From Nemertoderma westbladi (taxonomy: Eukaryota; Animalia; Xenacoelomorpha), in contig JAUCBJ010008890.1 of assembly GCA_032718475.1 (NCBI GenBank), positions 62,001 to 126,000 on the forward strand: DNA of 64,000 nucleotides, in the 5' to 3' direction. A program made the position numbers and the translations under genes. This document shows positions 51,329 through 63,697 of this stretch, piece after piece. The notes below the pieces were generated by a model. The model searched no databases, had not been told where the DNA came from, and worked only from the letters and a program-made list of their open reading frames with translations. Numbering within the stretch: position 1 is the first letter of the stretch; each line of letters begins with the position of its first letter.

Positions 51329-52473
51329 TGTAAAGGCTTTTGCGTAATTAGCCGGTTATTTTCCCCGTAAAGTACTCTGTAGTTGGTTTAACCGGCATAA
51401 AAGGCCGTGTCCTTACTGTATTGTTGTTTTAGAGGACATAAAAGCCATTTCTTCTGTATGTGTACTTTAGCGGACATGATTAGCAATTCTATGACGCAAT
51501 AAGCCGGATCCTCTTGAAACAGTGTAGATACCATGACGACGGCTAACAGCTGATATTACCACGTAGAACATCTCTTTGTTCTTTGTTCTCTCTTTGTTCG
51601 GTCGACCAATCAGAGCGTTTTTTGCCTCTGTGTTGGAGATGGTATATAGAAACTAGGGAAGTGAGTCAGTATGTGATTTCTTCCACAGCCTACAACACCG
51701 GCGTGGAACCTCCGTGTTTCAGTCTTTAGTTCAACATTAGTAGGCTTAATTATAGAACGTATATCCGTTATCTTACTCACTCAGTCACTCATAATCATTC
51801 ATACCTTAACATTACTGCTTTGCTGTCGGTTATTCATTATATTTGTTGATGAAATATTATATTTGGAATACTGATAAACAATCCGACACCCCAATCTTCT
51901 TGATATACTAAAGGTTAGAGAGACCGGATACATATAACGATTGCGACTTACATTAAGTGGTTTGAAGTGAATCTAATGCTATTTTATAGGCCCTACATGT
52001 ATTGTCTGTTATTCTCTTTGTATGTGACTAAAATTAGTGAAGGTCGGCAGATTGGTGTGCAGCATTGTGCAGCATTGTGTATGATTGTGATTGATAACGA
52101 AGCATCTCCTAAAGAATGCGCCATATACGTGAATCTATAGCCATCCCATTGCGTCTGGTTTAAGTCATAACTCTGTTTATATATTTAGAGCGCCACGTCC
52201 TAAAGGAACTGTTAATATTTCCCGAAAGTGAATAATATTGTCAGAGATTATATATATTAAGATCAGTCGAATAATACAGTAGGTCTATCCCGCAATACGA
52301 TTAGGCTTCCGAATCCAGTCTCCCGGGTATATCCAGCGGGTGAATGATCGCGCATAGACTGGTTTCGGCTAATGTAGTGTATCAAATATTTGTCGTAGGC
52401 TAAAGACTATCTATTATCTAGAAGACATCCTAATTTGGCAGGTTAAACTGCTAAAGGTCTGAAAGCGCGAACA
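51329..52473 (+). repeat. 3' LTR of element 2
   Basis: 1145-bp direct repeat of 36577-37723. Confidence 0.95.
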
Positions 52474-53135
52474 TATCCCATTTATGGATGTTTTAACAAC
52501 CATTAATAATGAAGGTACTATTGACTTTGAACTTTATACTAAACCGGCCAACGTGGGGATTATACTCAACCACTTTTGTAACCACCCCAAAACCATCATT
52601 AACACCACTGTCCGTCAAGCCGTAAGGAGAGCAATTCGGTACGGCTCGACTACAGCCGGAAGGGATCGAGGCGTAGAGAAGGTGCGGCAGGTTTTGCTTA
52701 AAAACGATTATCCCGCCCCCACACACTGTAGATAGACTCATCCATAGATTAGTTATCCAATCAGATAAGACGGATAACCCTCCAACCACTACTAGTCCAC
52801 CAGGACCATCACCCATACCGTTAGTAGTACCGTTCATAAACGAAGACATCAAAAGGAAGGTCCAATCGATAGTCCGCAAGTCTCCACTTGCAGGTTTAAC
52901 TAGGAAAGTAGCGACGCCAGGTCGTAAGCTCTAACAACTCGTCACCAGATCCAAGTTTAACCCTACCAAATGTCCCGCAGCTGCCCACGTACCCTGTTAC
53001 ACTTGTAACAATGGCTCCACACAGTTCACCACCAATCCCACCATAAGAACGTTGTCTACGCTATAACATGTGGGGAAACATATATAGGAGTAACCTACAC
53101 ACAAATTCGCACACGCATGTCCAGACACCTACAGA
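52474..53135 (+). mobile_element. Penelope-like element fragment (RT C-terminus + GIY-YIG)
   Basis: IPFMDVL...LYTKPANVGIILNHFCNHP...RRAIRY...LLKNDYP; then NVVYAITCGETYIG...IRTRMSRH. Confidence 0.8.
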
Positions 53136-53206
53136 ATTAATAATTAATATAGTGTGTAGCCATTAGCCTAGACTGTCCCTGGTAGCGGTGGCAGCAGTAG
53201 TACGTA

Positions 53207-55358
53207 AGTAGTAGGGGTTTGCTCCTCTTTGGGATACTTGGATCCAACTGACACCCATTGGGTGTCATATGACACCCAATTGTCACCCTATGGGTGTCAT
53301 TGGCGCCAGACTGTCTGGGTGAACCTCCCAATTAGGCTAATTAGACCCTAATTGATAGGTGTCATCAATTAATTAGTACAATTAAACCCTAATAGGTGTC
53401 TTATGACTCCTAGTTAGGGTTTAATGGATTATCCTAATTAATCACACTGATTAGCGCCCTGACATGCAATGGTCATCAGTGTTGTCCAAGTGTCACAAAG
53501 AGGATCAAAGAGTGTCATAAGTGACAACTCAGCTCTATTATTTAGTTTAATACTTATTACTTACTATTAATACTTATTTATTTGTATTTACATTTACTTT
53601 ATTTAGTTGTACTTCATTTTAGATTAATTGTATTACTTTTACTTTATATATTGATTGTTTTCTATTTTTAGATTTAACAATAATTAGTTTATATATTACT
53701 TACCGGTGCTAAATGAAGTCATTGTTGGAACCATCTCACCACGAACTTCATCTCGCTAACCCACATTATATTGCTATACAGTATATAGCAATGTCAATTG
53801 ATAGTATTGAATTTTCGCTAAATGATTTTACAAAATTTTAAATAAATAAAACTTTCATGAAAATAAATAAAACTTTTAAAAATAAAATTAGAGAATGAAT
53901 GGGAATGCGGTGAACGGGGGCTATTATAGAGGGAGGCTAGAATGGATTATCCAATCAGAGCGCGAGGGTGAGTTAGGCAGCCAATCAGGACTCGAGGGAG
54001 GAAAGTTAGGCAGCCAATGAGAGAGCAGATGCGAGTACAATGGTAAAGCCCATCCATGGTGAGATAACGTCACACTAACTCCCAAGGATAGTTATACTCG
54101 CCATTCAAATATCCCTCGCAAACCAGATTCCCCTTGCATCTAAAGTATTCCACTTCAGTGCAAAATATATATAGAGCTTTAGATGGACTTGAACCTGCAC
54201 TTGCAAACCCTTTTGTAAAGTTAAGAAGAGTGAACCAACAGAGGCAACCTGAAGTCTAATCTCTTGGCCTTTACTCATAAGACAGCGCATTAACTCCCAA
54301 GGTTGCTTACTATCACTATAGCCGAGAGAGTCAAAGCTAGTGTACTCTAGAGTCAGCCAAGAGCTAGGAAAAAAGAATAATGCTCTTCTTGTGTTCGAAC
54401 TTACGAACTTCTAATTAGAAAACTAAGCAAATGATCAGCTTGAAGGCCTTAGACCCTTAATCTGAGCCTCAGTGCCTCAGTGAGGCATAGTCTGTGCCTC
54501 AGTGAGGCATAGTCTGTGACTCAAGTGAGGCATAATAATGTGCCTCAGTGAGGCATAGTCTGTGCCTCACTGAGGCATAGTATTTGCCTCAGTGAGGGAT
54601 AGTCTGTGCCTCAGTGAGGCATAGTCTGTGCCTGATTGTCTGTGGAAAGATTGTATAATTAAACCAATCAGAGAGCAGCGTTGATGACGTCATATGAGGC
54701 GAGTTATAGTTTGCCCAATGTTATTCAATGGCAGCCAGGGTGGCGCCATTGAATAACGAAGACAAAGGGCGCCGCTGGATCATTAGCCTCGGGGTATAAT
54801 AGAAATAGGTTCAATACAATAGAGGACCCTATGCTGATTAGTATAGGGTTAGTAGAGTCTTCTGGGTGAGGGGTTGGGTATAGATAAGAGTAATTAGTTA
54901 CCACTAAGGGAGCTGTATACCCTAGGGCTAAATATAGCAATGCGGTGTCAACAAAGACACCATTTAGCACCGGTAAGTAATATATAAACTAATTTTATTG
55001 GTAATTCAAAAAATAGAAATCAATTAAATAAAGTAGAAGAAATACAAATAATTAATTTAAAATTAAATACAAATAAATAAGTATTAATAAATAAAAGAGC
55101 TGAGGATGACACCCTTTGATCCTCTTTGTGACAGTTGGACAACACTGATGACCCATTGTGTGTCAGGGCGCTAATCAGTCTGATTAATTAGGATAATCAA
55201 TTAAACCCTAATTAGGAGTCATAAGACCCCTATTAGGAGGTGTCACCCAGACTGTCTGGCGCCAATGACACCCTATGGGTGATAATTGGGTGTCATATGA
55301 CACCCAATGGGTGTCAGTGTGGTCCAACTATCACAAAGAGGAGCAAACCTCTACTACT
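53207..55358. mobile_element. Non-autonomous Polinton/Maverick-like element (2152 bp)
   Basis: Termini AGTAGTAG...CTACTACT, long imperfect TIRs (53207-53715 and 54961-55358), 6-bp TSD TACGTA (53201-53206, 55359-55364); no recognisable coding capacity. Confidence 0.7.
54463..54632. repeat. 22-bp tandem repeat with hairpin core
   Basis: TGCCTCAGTGAGGCATAGTCTG, about 7 copies. Confidence 0.85.
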
Positions 55359-56091
55359 TACGTACTGTTTTGTGCTCTTGCTGAAATGTAATAATTTCTG
55401 CTATAAACCATTTACCCTGCAGCCAGTAAAAGGCCTGTGGCCGAAATATTGCTGGAAATATTATTAATTAATTTTACCAATTGTTTCTCAGTGGGTCACA
55501 GATCTTTCTTCTTTATCCTATCCACCGCAGATTAAATATCAGATAGTATGAATTCACAGCAATAATATCAGAAACACCGGCCGAACGCTACATATACAAA
55601 AATTTTACAAACTGTACATCAATTTCAGTTAGATATACCATGGATATAAACACCTCACAAAGAGCAGACACCCAGAAGCCACATGCCGACAGTCGTTATC
55701 ATGAACATATGAAATTGTAACAGTGTTATTGACTCTTGATTTGTTTTGGTTAGAAAAGCCTTCTCTGTAAATTGCCCCATTCCCCTCAGTAACTGTTTCC
55801 GACTGTGTTTGTCGGCTGTTGGTTGTCGGTGTCGCTTTGGCTTTACACGCATAAGATTACAATTCCATTACAATGCCATACTTACAAAGCAATGAGGTGC
55901 TTTACTGTTTACTGTTATGGTGAAAACCTTATTAAAAAAAGAAAACTGGCTATTCCATGCACTGCAATACTGTCATATAAGATGATAAGATAAACAAGTG
56001 AATGGTTGACAAGAGCGATTTGCGACATCTAGGCAGGTCATTGAAACTAAATAATTTGCAAGATTTATATATTTCTGAAGTAGCAACTTAC

Positions 56092-56138
56092 CTCTCCCAC
56101 CTGTATTGCTGTCATCTAGTGCCCCTGACCACTTCACG
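56092..56138 (-). CDS. Exon 2 of the putative secreted-peptide gene
   Basis: cctttcag| acceptor and G|gtaagt donor; the only open frame matches the phase-2 end of exon 1, giving TG+C = Cys then VKWSGALDDSNTGGR. Confidence 0.55.
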
Positions 56139-56329
56139 CTGAAAGGGTAATAACACCAAATGAACACTCACAATTATTATAGGCTATATATAAACTGTAT
56201 TCAATAAAAGGAAATTGTCTACAATACATGAATTAAGAATCAATGAAAGAAAAATAAGACATATTATGTTCACAGAATTTTGTTAATTCATTTAGAGTTA
56301 TCGGTTATTTACTAACCAAACCATAAACG

Positions 56330-59240
56330 ATAAACCACACAACAGGTCAGCTCGATAATTCAATCAGATTATCAGTTACTAACCAAACCATAAACCACAC
56401 AACAGGTCAGCTCGGTAATTCAATCAGATTATCGGTTACTAACCAAACCATAAACCAAACAACAGGTCAGTTCGGTAATTCAATCAGATTATCGGTTACT
56501 AACCAAACCATAAACCGCACAACAGGTCAGCTCGGTAATTCAATCAGATTATCAGTTACTAAAACCAAACCATAAACCACACAAAAGGTCAGCTCGGTAA
56601 TTCAATCAGATTATCAGTTACTAACCAAACCATAAACCACACAACAGGTCACTCGGTAATTCAATCAGATTATCGGTTACTAACCAAACCATAAACCACA
56701 CAAAAGGTCAGCTCGGTAATTCAATCAGATTATCGGTTACTAACCAAACCATAAACCACACAAAAGGTCAGCTCGGTAATTCAATCAGATTATCGGTTAC
56801 TAACCAAACCATAAACCGCACAACAGGTCAGCTCGGTAATTCAATCAGATTATCAGTTACTAACCAAACCATAAACCACACAAAAGGTCAGCTCGGTAAT
56901 TCAATCAGATTATCGGTTACTAACCAAACCATAAACCACACAACAGGTCACTCGGTAATTCAATCAGATTATCGGTTACTAACCAAACCATAAACCACAC
57001 AAAAGGTCAGCTCGGTAATTCAATCAGATTATCGGTTACTAACCAAACCATAAACCGCACAACAGGTCAGCTCGGTAATTCAATCAGATTATCAGTTACT
57101 AACCAAACCATAAACCACACAAAAGGTCAGCTCGGTAATTCAATCAGATTATCAGTTACTAACCAAACCATAAACCACACAACAGGTCAGCTCGGTAATT
57201 CAATCAGATTATCGGTTACTAACCAAACCATAAACCACACAACAGGTGACTCGGTAATTCAATCAGATTATCGGTTACTAACCAAACCATAAACCACACA
57301 AAAGGTCAGCTCGGTAATTCAATCAGATTATCGGTTACTAACCAAACCATAAACCACACAAAAGGTCAGCTCGGTAATTCAATCAGATTATCGGTTACTA
57401 ACCAAACCATAAACCACACAAAAGGTCAGCTCGGTAATTCAATCAGATTATCGGTTTTTTAACCAGAGCATATACCACATAACAGGTCAGCTCGGTAATT
57501 CAATCAGATTATCAGTTACTAACCAAACCATAAACCACACAACAGGTCAGCTCGGTAATTCAATCAGATTATCGGTTACTAACCAAACCATAAACCACAC
57601 AACAGGTCAGCTCGGTAATTCAATCAGATTATCAGTTACTAACCAAACCATAAACCACACAAAAGGTCAGCTCGGTAATTCAATCAGATTATCGGTTACT
57701 AACCAAACCATAAACCACACAAAAGGTCAGCTCGGTAATTCAATCAGATTATCGGTTACTAACCAAACCATAAACCACACAAAAGGTCAGCTCGGTAATT
57801 CAATCAGATTATCGGTTACTAACCAAACCATAAACCACACAACAGGTCAGCTCGGTAATTCAATCAGATTATCAGTTACTAACCAAACCATAAACCACAC
57901 AATAGGTCAGCTCGGTAATTCAATCAGATTATCGGTTACTAACCAAACCATAAACCACACAAAAGGTCAGCTCGGTAATTCAATCAGATTATCGGTTACT
58001 AACCAAACCATAAACCACACAACAGGTCAGCTCGGTAATTCAATCAGATTATCGGTTACTAACCAAACCATAAACCACACAAAAGGTCAGCTCGGTAATT
58101 CAATCAGATTATCGGTTTTTTAACCAGAGCATATACCACATAACAGGTCAGCTCGGTAATTCAATCAGATTATCAGTTACTAACCAAACCATAAACCACA
58201 CAACAGGTCAGCTCGGTAATTCAATCAGATTATCAGTTACTAACCAAACCATAAACCACACAACAGGTCAGCTCGGTAATTCAATCAGATTATCGGTTAC
58301 TAACCAAACCATAAACCACACAACAGGTCAGCTCGGTAATTCAATCAGATTATCAGTTACTAACCAAACCATAAACCACACAAAAGGTCAGCTCGGTAAT
58401 TCAATCAGATTATCGGTTACTAACCAAACCATAAACCACACAACAGGTCAGCTCGGTAATTCAATCAGATTATCGGTTACTAACCAAACCATAAACCACA
58501 CAAAAGGTCAGCTCGGTGATTCAATCCGATTATCGGTTACTAACCAAACCATAAACCACACAAAAGGTCAGCTCGGTAATTCAATCAGATTATCGGTTAC
58601 TAACCAAACCATAAACCACACAACAGGTCAGCTCGGTAATTCAATCAGATTATCAGTTACTAACCAAACCATAAACCACACAACAGGTCAGCTCGGTAAT
58701 TCAATCAGATTATCGGTTACTAACCAAACCATAAACCACACAAAAGGTCAGCTCGGTAATTCAATCAGATTATCAGTTACTAACCAAACCATAAACCACA
58801 CAACAGGTCAGCTCGGTAATTCAATCAGATTATCGGTTACTAACCAAACCATAAACCAAACAACAGGTCAGTTCGGTAATTCAATCAGATTATCGGTTAC
58901 TAACCAAACCATAAACCGCACAACAGGTCAGCTCGGTAATTCAATCAGATTATCAGTTACTAACCAAACCATAAACCACACAAAAGGTCAGCTCGGTAAT
59001 TCAATCAGATTATCAGTTACTAACCAAACCATAAACCACACAACAGGTCAGCTCGGTAATTCAATCAGATTATCGGTTACTAACCAAACCATAAACCACA
59101 CAAAAGGTCAGCTCGGTAATTCAATCAGATTGTCGGTTACTAACCAAACCATAAACCACACAAAAGGTCAGCTCGGTAATTCACTCAGATTATCGGTTTT
59201 TTAACCAGAGCATATACCACATAACAGGTGAGCTCGGTGA
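56330..59240. repeat. 60-bp minisatellite, about 48 copies, inside putative intron 1
   Basis: Unit AACCAAACCATAAACCACACAA(C/A)AGGTCAGCTCGGTAATTCAATCAGATTATC(G/A)GTTACT. Confidence 0.97.
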
Positions 59241-59275
59241 TTCATTAAGTCAACCCAATCCACTGGTTTACTAAC

Positions 59276-59424
59276 CATTCATTATATTCCTCAGCTTCAT
59301 CCAGCTCCTCAGCAGTAGCCCGGGCAACGAGTCTCTTCTTCAGGAACTTGTCGCTGTTTTGCTTTTCAAATGCAGCCGTCACCCCAACCAACGCCACAAG
59401 AGTAATCAACTTTATAAATCCCAT
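59276..59424 (-). CDS. Exon 1 of a putative secreted prepropeptide
   Basis: MGFIKLITLVALVGVTAA-FEKQNSDKFLKKRLVAR-ATAEELDEAEEYNE followed by a TG|gttagt donor; signal peptide, basic cleavage site, acidic region. Confidence 0.7.
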
Positions 59425-59460
59425 AGTTTCCTTTAATCGTTGCGGTTACAACTAAAGTGT

Positions 59461-59514
59461 GGAATGCTTCGTTTTTAGCACCTAGCTCTTATAAAGAGCG
59501 GTTGGGAACTTTCC
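59461..59514 (-). promoter_or_regulatory. Core promoter: kappaB-like site, TATA, Inr-like
   Basis: GGGAACTTTCC at 59504-59514; minus-strand TTTATAAG at 59488-59495; CATT Inr-like ~28 nt downstream of the TATA; ATG at 59424. Confidence 0.55.
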
Positions 59515-60139
59515 ATATTTTATTTTTGAAATAGCAAACAATCTCAAAAGATTATGGCAATTGTATTCAATCTCTATTAACTGAAAATTACCATGCTTTT
59601 TGTTGGCTCGGACAATCATTATGAGCTTCGGACAAATGCGTATTCCCATGGCGTTGTGCATTGCTCCTCATACTGTACTATGACAATTTTAGTCAATCTT
59701 TCTAACCATGCATTATATTTTGTTGGCTAGGACAATAATTTTGAGCTTAGGACAAATGCGTCTTCCCATGGTGTTGTGCATTCTTCGTCATGCTTCCATG
59801 CATAGGCGCGTAATTTATTACAACATTATTGATAGCAATGGATCTGTCCATTATACGGGATGTCACTTATGACTTCAAATCCCGGTCAGTTCTTGTCGAC
59901 GGCCAGCCAAGTCTTACGTCACAAATTTGTTTCACCTGGGATTGGAATTCATAGAGGAAATGGATTATGTGGGATCCAATTACCTGATTTCCCATCAGTT
60001 ATGTTCATCTCCTTATACGACCACCTAGCTCATCACCCTATGCAACTCCTGCCACTCTGGCCAAACTGCAATTAGTTATTATTAATAGCCCACATTGGAT
60101 GTCGTTCATTATAGCAGGGGACACAAATGCTACTGTGGG

Positions 60140-60330
60140 GCGAGCCACGAAGTGAGTGAGCCTTAGCGTAGTGGTACCATTAATCAACCTGTCGTTCTGT
60201 CGTTCTGTCGTGTTCAATTTTAAACGTTAATAACTCGGCCAATCTTTGATGAAATCTATCCAAACTTGGTACACATGTTGTTTGGCAAAAGTTTAGAAAT
60301 TTTCCAAGTAGAATTTCAGTGTGGCCTTCG
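60140..60330 (+). mobile_element. Possible HINE/DINE-like non-autonomous element head
   Basis: CTGTCGTT microrepeat followed by ATAACTC...AAACTTGGTACACA core; boundaries uncertain. Confidence 0.35.
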
Positions 60331-61388
60331 AGAAGCTAAGATAATAGCAGTTAATTAGTTAATTAAGTTATTACGGTAAAAACACCATTTTCAACCTGCC
60401 TTTTAAAGGAAATTAATTGTTTTACAGTATAAGATTTAAATAATTATAATTAAAAATTATACAGATGTAATCCCCATACGCCATTCTATTATAGTTTTTA
60501 ATTAGTTCAAGTGATTTGCTTTAATAATTGTGTCTTTAATTGATCTAAAGTAATTAAAACGGCAAAAAAAATTTATTCTCATTAAATACTGCTCATTTAT
60601 TGGCCAACATGCTGGTACATAGATGGGATGTGTGTGTCATTCCCAGTTGCTGGGAATGATTATTGGTCAAGTCTCTGCTGCTGGCTGGGAGTTGTGGCTG
60701 TAGACCAAGGCGACCTCTATACAAGGCCATGCAGCCCAATAAAGGCAGAAATTTGCTTAGGCTGAAAACTTCTAGGACTTCTAAAACATTAGAACCACTG
60801 GGTTTTAACCCTCTACTGCATGAATTCTCGTTTTTATGTTTGAAATTGTTTTTGCAATGTTTTTCCTGCACAAATTAGTTCAAAATATACAAAAACTGAT
60901 GAAAAAATTAAAAAAATAATTATTCACTAATTTTTCGAAATTGTTCTGCATGTAGTTCAGTAGTTATAGGTTCAAAATTTGTAGCAAATATGCTACACTT
61001 TATACTTTAGAACTGAAAGTGACTGACTAGACTGTAGTCTAATGCAATAAACCGTTAACGGTACATGGGAGCTGCTGTATACTGTGTGGTGTATAATTGT
61101 CTGTATGTCGGACTGTCAGTCAAAAAATAAGAAATCACACCACTAAACTGAGGTTTTCGTTAAATGGGGTTTCATGGTTGGTGATTTTATTTCAGATGTT
61201 AATTTTTAGGTTTAGAGGAATCTAGACCGACTTTAAACTTGTATGTATGTCTGTCAGTCTTTCTGTCCGTCTGTCTGTCAAGAAATAAGGAAGCATACCA
61301 CAAATGTAAAATTATTAAATTTATTAACTAACTAACTAACTTAATTATTAAAAATTAATTTATTAATTTATTAAATTATGTAAAAGTA

Positions 61389-62010
61389 TTAACAATTAAA
61401 TTTAGCACGTTTTTGTGGCACCGATACAGAGTCATCCATTGTTTGTTTACTCAAATTGTTAATCAAAATATTAACCAGAGTACGAATAAGTTTGTTACTG
61501 TATGTGACATCATCATTCGTCACATACGAATTGACAAACCTGAAAAGGGCAAGGAGGCGCTTCCTACAAAGTAACTCCCTACTAGGAACGTTCATGAAGA
61601 AGGAATAACAACACAACACAAAGATATATAAACTGTTGTCAGGCAATGAAAGCCTCCCTCGATTTATAGACTCAAAGTATCCAACAACTGTAGTACTGAG
61701 GCTTGTTGGCTTATCCACCGAGATTATCTTTGATTTAAATGAGCAATACCCAGCGATATATAACAGTACTGCCTTCTCGGATTCGCTCAGATCATCTACG
61801 AGTATGGGAATAATATCAACAATATCAAGTTCATCTTTCGTAAGTGGTAAGAAACAATTGGTGCAGTTGTGTTCAGACGATGGCCCAGAAATGTCAGGAA
61901 GAGCATGCAAGGTGGCCAGCACTTTGGCTGAGTTTATGGCTGAAAATTCGAAGACTTGCTGAACGCTGACGTAATAACATCCACCAAAGGCTTGGCGAAT
62001 TTTACCGTAT
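61389..62010 (-). pseudogene. P-element/THAP9-type transposase C-terminal fragment
   Basis: GKIRQAFGGCYYVSVQQV, LLYIAGY and YFESINRGRLSLP motifs; catalytic N-terminal part absent. Confidence 0.7.
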
Positions 62011-63079
62011 TTAGGCGTATTTAGGTCGCCTTGCTGTAGACTAACCAGAGAGGAATAGTAATAGACATCAGCATTCTTTAAATTCACTATAAATGTTGTA
62101 TTGCTATCTCAGGTGAATGACAGATATCATAACATAAATACTATCCATGGCATGGCTGTTGTGTAGGCTTCTGAAATAGTTTATTCCACAATGTATATGT
62201 CTGGTTATTTTTTAATTGAATTTTTGCAAAGTAGTAAAATTAATGTTCTTAAAAATAATATTATTATTTTATATGTAACCTAGGAAATTAGCTACATTTT
62301 TTCGCTGCAGCTTTAAGAGTGTACATTAATTTAATATTATTTCAATACCCATATTACTACATCGGCATAAGATGCGTTGGCGTTGTATCACACATCTCCA
62401 CATATCACACATATCCACATAGATGTATCAACAGTTACTCGCACAGTTTCGAAACTTCGCATAGTTATAACTGTATAAAGATCGTCAGTCTGCGTTTAGG
62501 AAAAATATTTTATAACAAAACAGGACAAGCGACGAGCGCAACGAGGCATATAATGAAGACGAGTACTGCGTTGACTAAATTATTATATAAACCACCTGGC
62601 TTCACATATTGATCGCATCCCTAGTTATTATTATTATAAAGAACGTCCTAGCCTGCGTTTAAGAAATATATTTAAATACAAAACAGGACGAACGCAACGA
62701 GGCTTATAATGAATACGAGTACTGCGTTTATTATATTCCTATAAACCACCTGGCTTTGCATATTGAACGTGCGATTGGAAATAAGTTCGTGCTACCCTTC
62801 CGTGGGTGGTAGATGTCGCGGTTATGTATTGGTGGTTGGGAAGGGTGGGGGGGGGGGGGGGGATTAAAAGGGGTGAACACGTACTGTCCCCCTTTCTTTG
62901 ATTGATTGGTGGTGTGGGTAAATTTCTCAAAACCTGATTTTGTGATACAGTCGCTCAATTTTAATTTGTATCTCATAACTGGGCCTCGTGCTGCGCGAAG
63001 GCCCCACGAACGTGTAGTATGGGAGATCTATCGTCTATGTCTGCTCCTCGCATTTCTTACAGAACTCCGGATGATATGG

Positions 63080-63345
63080 TATGTAATAGTCATGGGATGA
63101 ACATATTAATTCAGTTGTGCAAATTATCTAATCTTGTGAATCTAAGTTAATCGACTATAGCAGGAAGGATACATGGTGGGAAATTAAATTTTAGGCAGAA
63201 ATCAGGTTTCATCCAAACCTGATCGATGCCTGGTTAGCAGACAATCGCCACATCTATTACAAAATTCGATACCATATTAGAAAATTTACCCTCCGATCAT
63301 GCACCCTTAGAAATATTAATCAACTTGGAGAATGAAATCAATTTA
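63080..63345 (+). pseudogene. Degraded LINE apurinic-endonuclease fragment
   Basis: VIVMG(D.N), DRCLVS and SDHAPL motifs across frameshifts. Confidence 0.5.
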
Positions 63346-63415
63346 GTTTTACTCGAGAAAAGCACGATCTTGTTGGGTAAATGCAGGAATCAAAATGCAG
63401 GTATCAAATCCAACA

Positions 63416-63697
63416 GGTTCCACCTTGGTGTAGTGGTTGCATTGAATTCACATCTCCTGTAGGTCGTGGGTTCGATCCTCACATGGGCCAGGGCAGTTTT
63501 CGTTTCGGCACGAATGCTTTAAAGGGACCAGCCAGGGCGCATCTCTGCCTTGCATCCTTAAGTGGTAGCTAAAAGAGTACTGGAGTTTCCTCTGGGGAGT
63601 AAAGTTCTGGGGGGACCGCACTGGAAATAAGTCGTCAGACTTTGTGCGTAATCCCTGACCTAGCGGCCGAAGAAAATTTACTTTACTTACTTTACTT
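63416..63697 (+). mobile_element. tRNA-derived SINE
   Basis: A box TGGTGTAGTGG (63426-63436), B box GGTTCGATCCT (63469-63479), ~200-bp body, (TTAC/TTTAC)n tail. Confidence 0.8.

Larger units (their letters stand above)
36577..52473 (+). mobile_element. BEL/Pao element 2, sister subfamily (15,897 bp), defective
   Basis: Two ~99% identical LTRs; collinear with element 1; flanks ACCAT and TATCC do not form a TSD. Confidence 0.95.

Noticed and set aside
56330-59240. CRISPR array or repetitive coding exon
   Set aside because: Units are contiguous near-identical 60-mers with no unique spacers, no cas genes are present, and the ORF track shows no long ORF; it is a minisatellite
59590-59790. ~120-bp local duplication (similar ones at ~32950-33100 and ~62500-62760)
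   Set aside because: Ordinary diverged tandem duplications with no further structure seen
63416-63490. tRNA gene
   Set aside because: A and B boxes are present but there is no convincing cloverleaf, and it continues into a SINE body and simple-repeat tail
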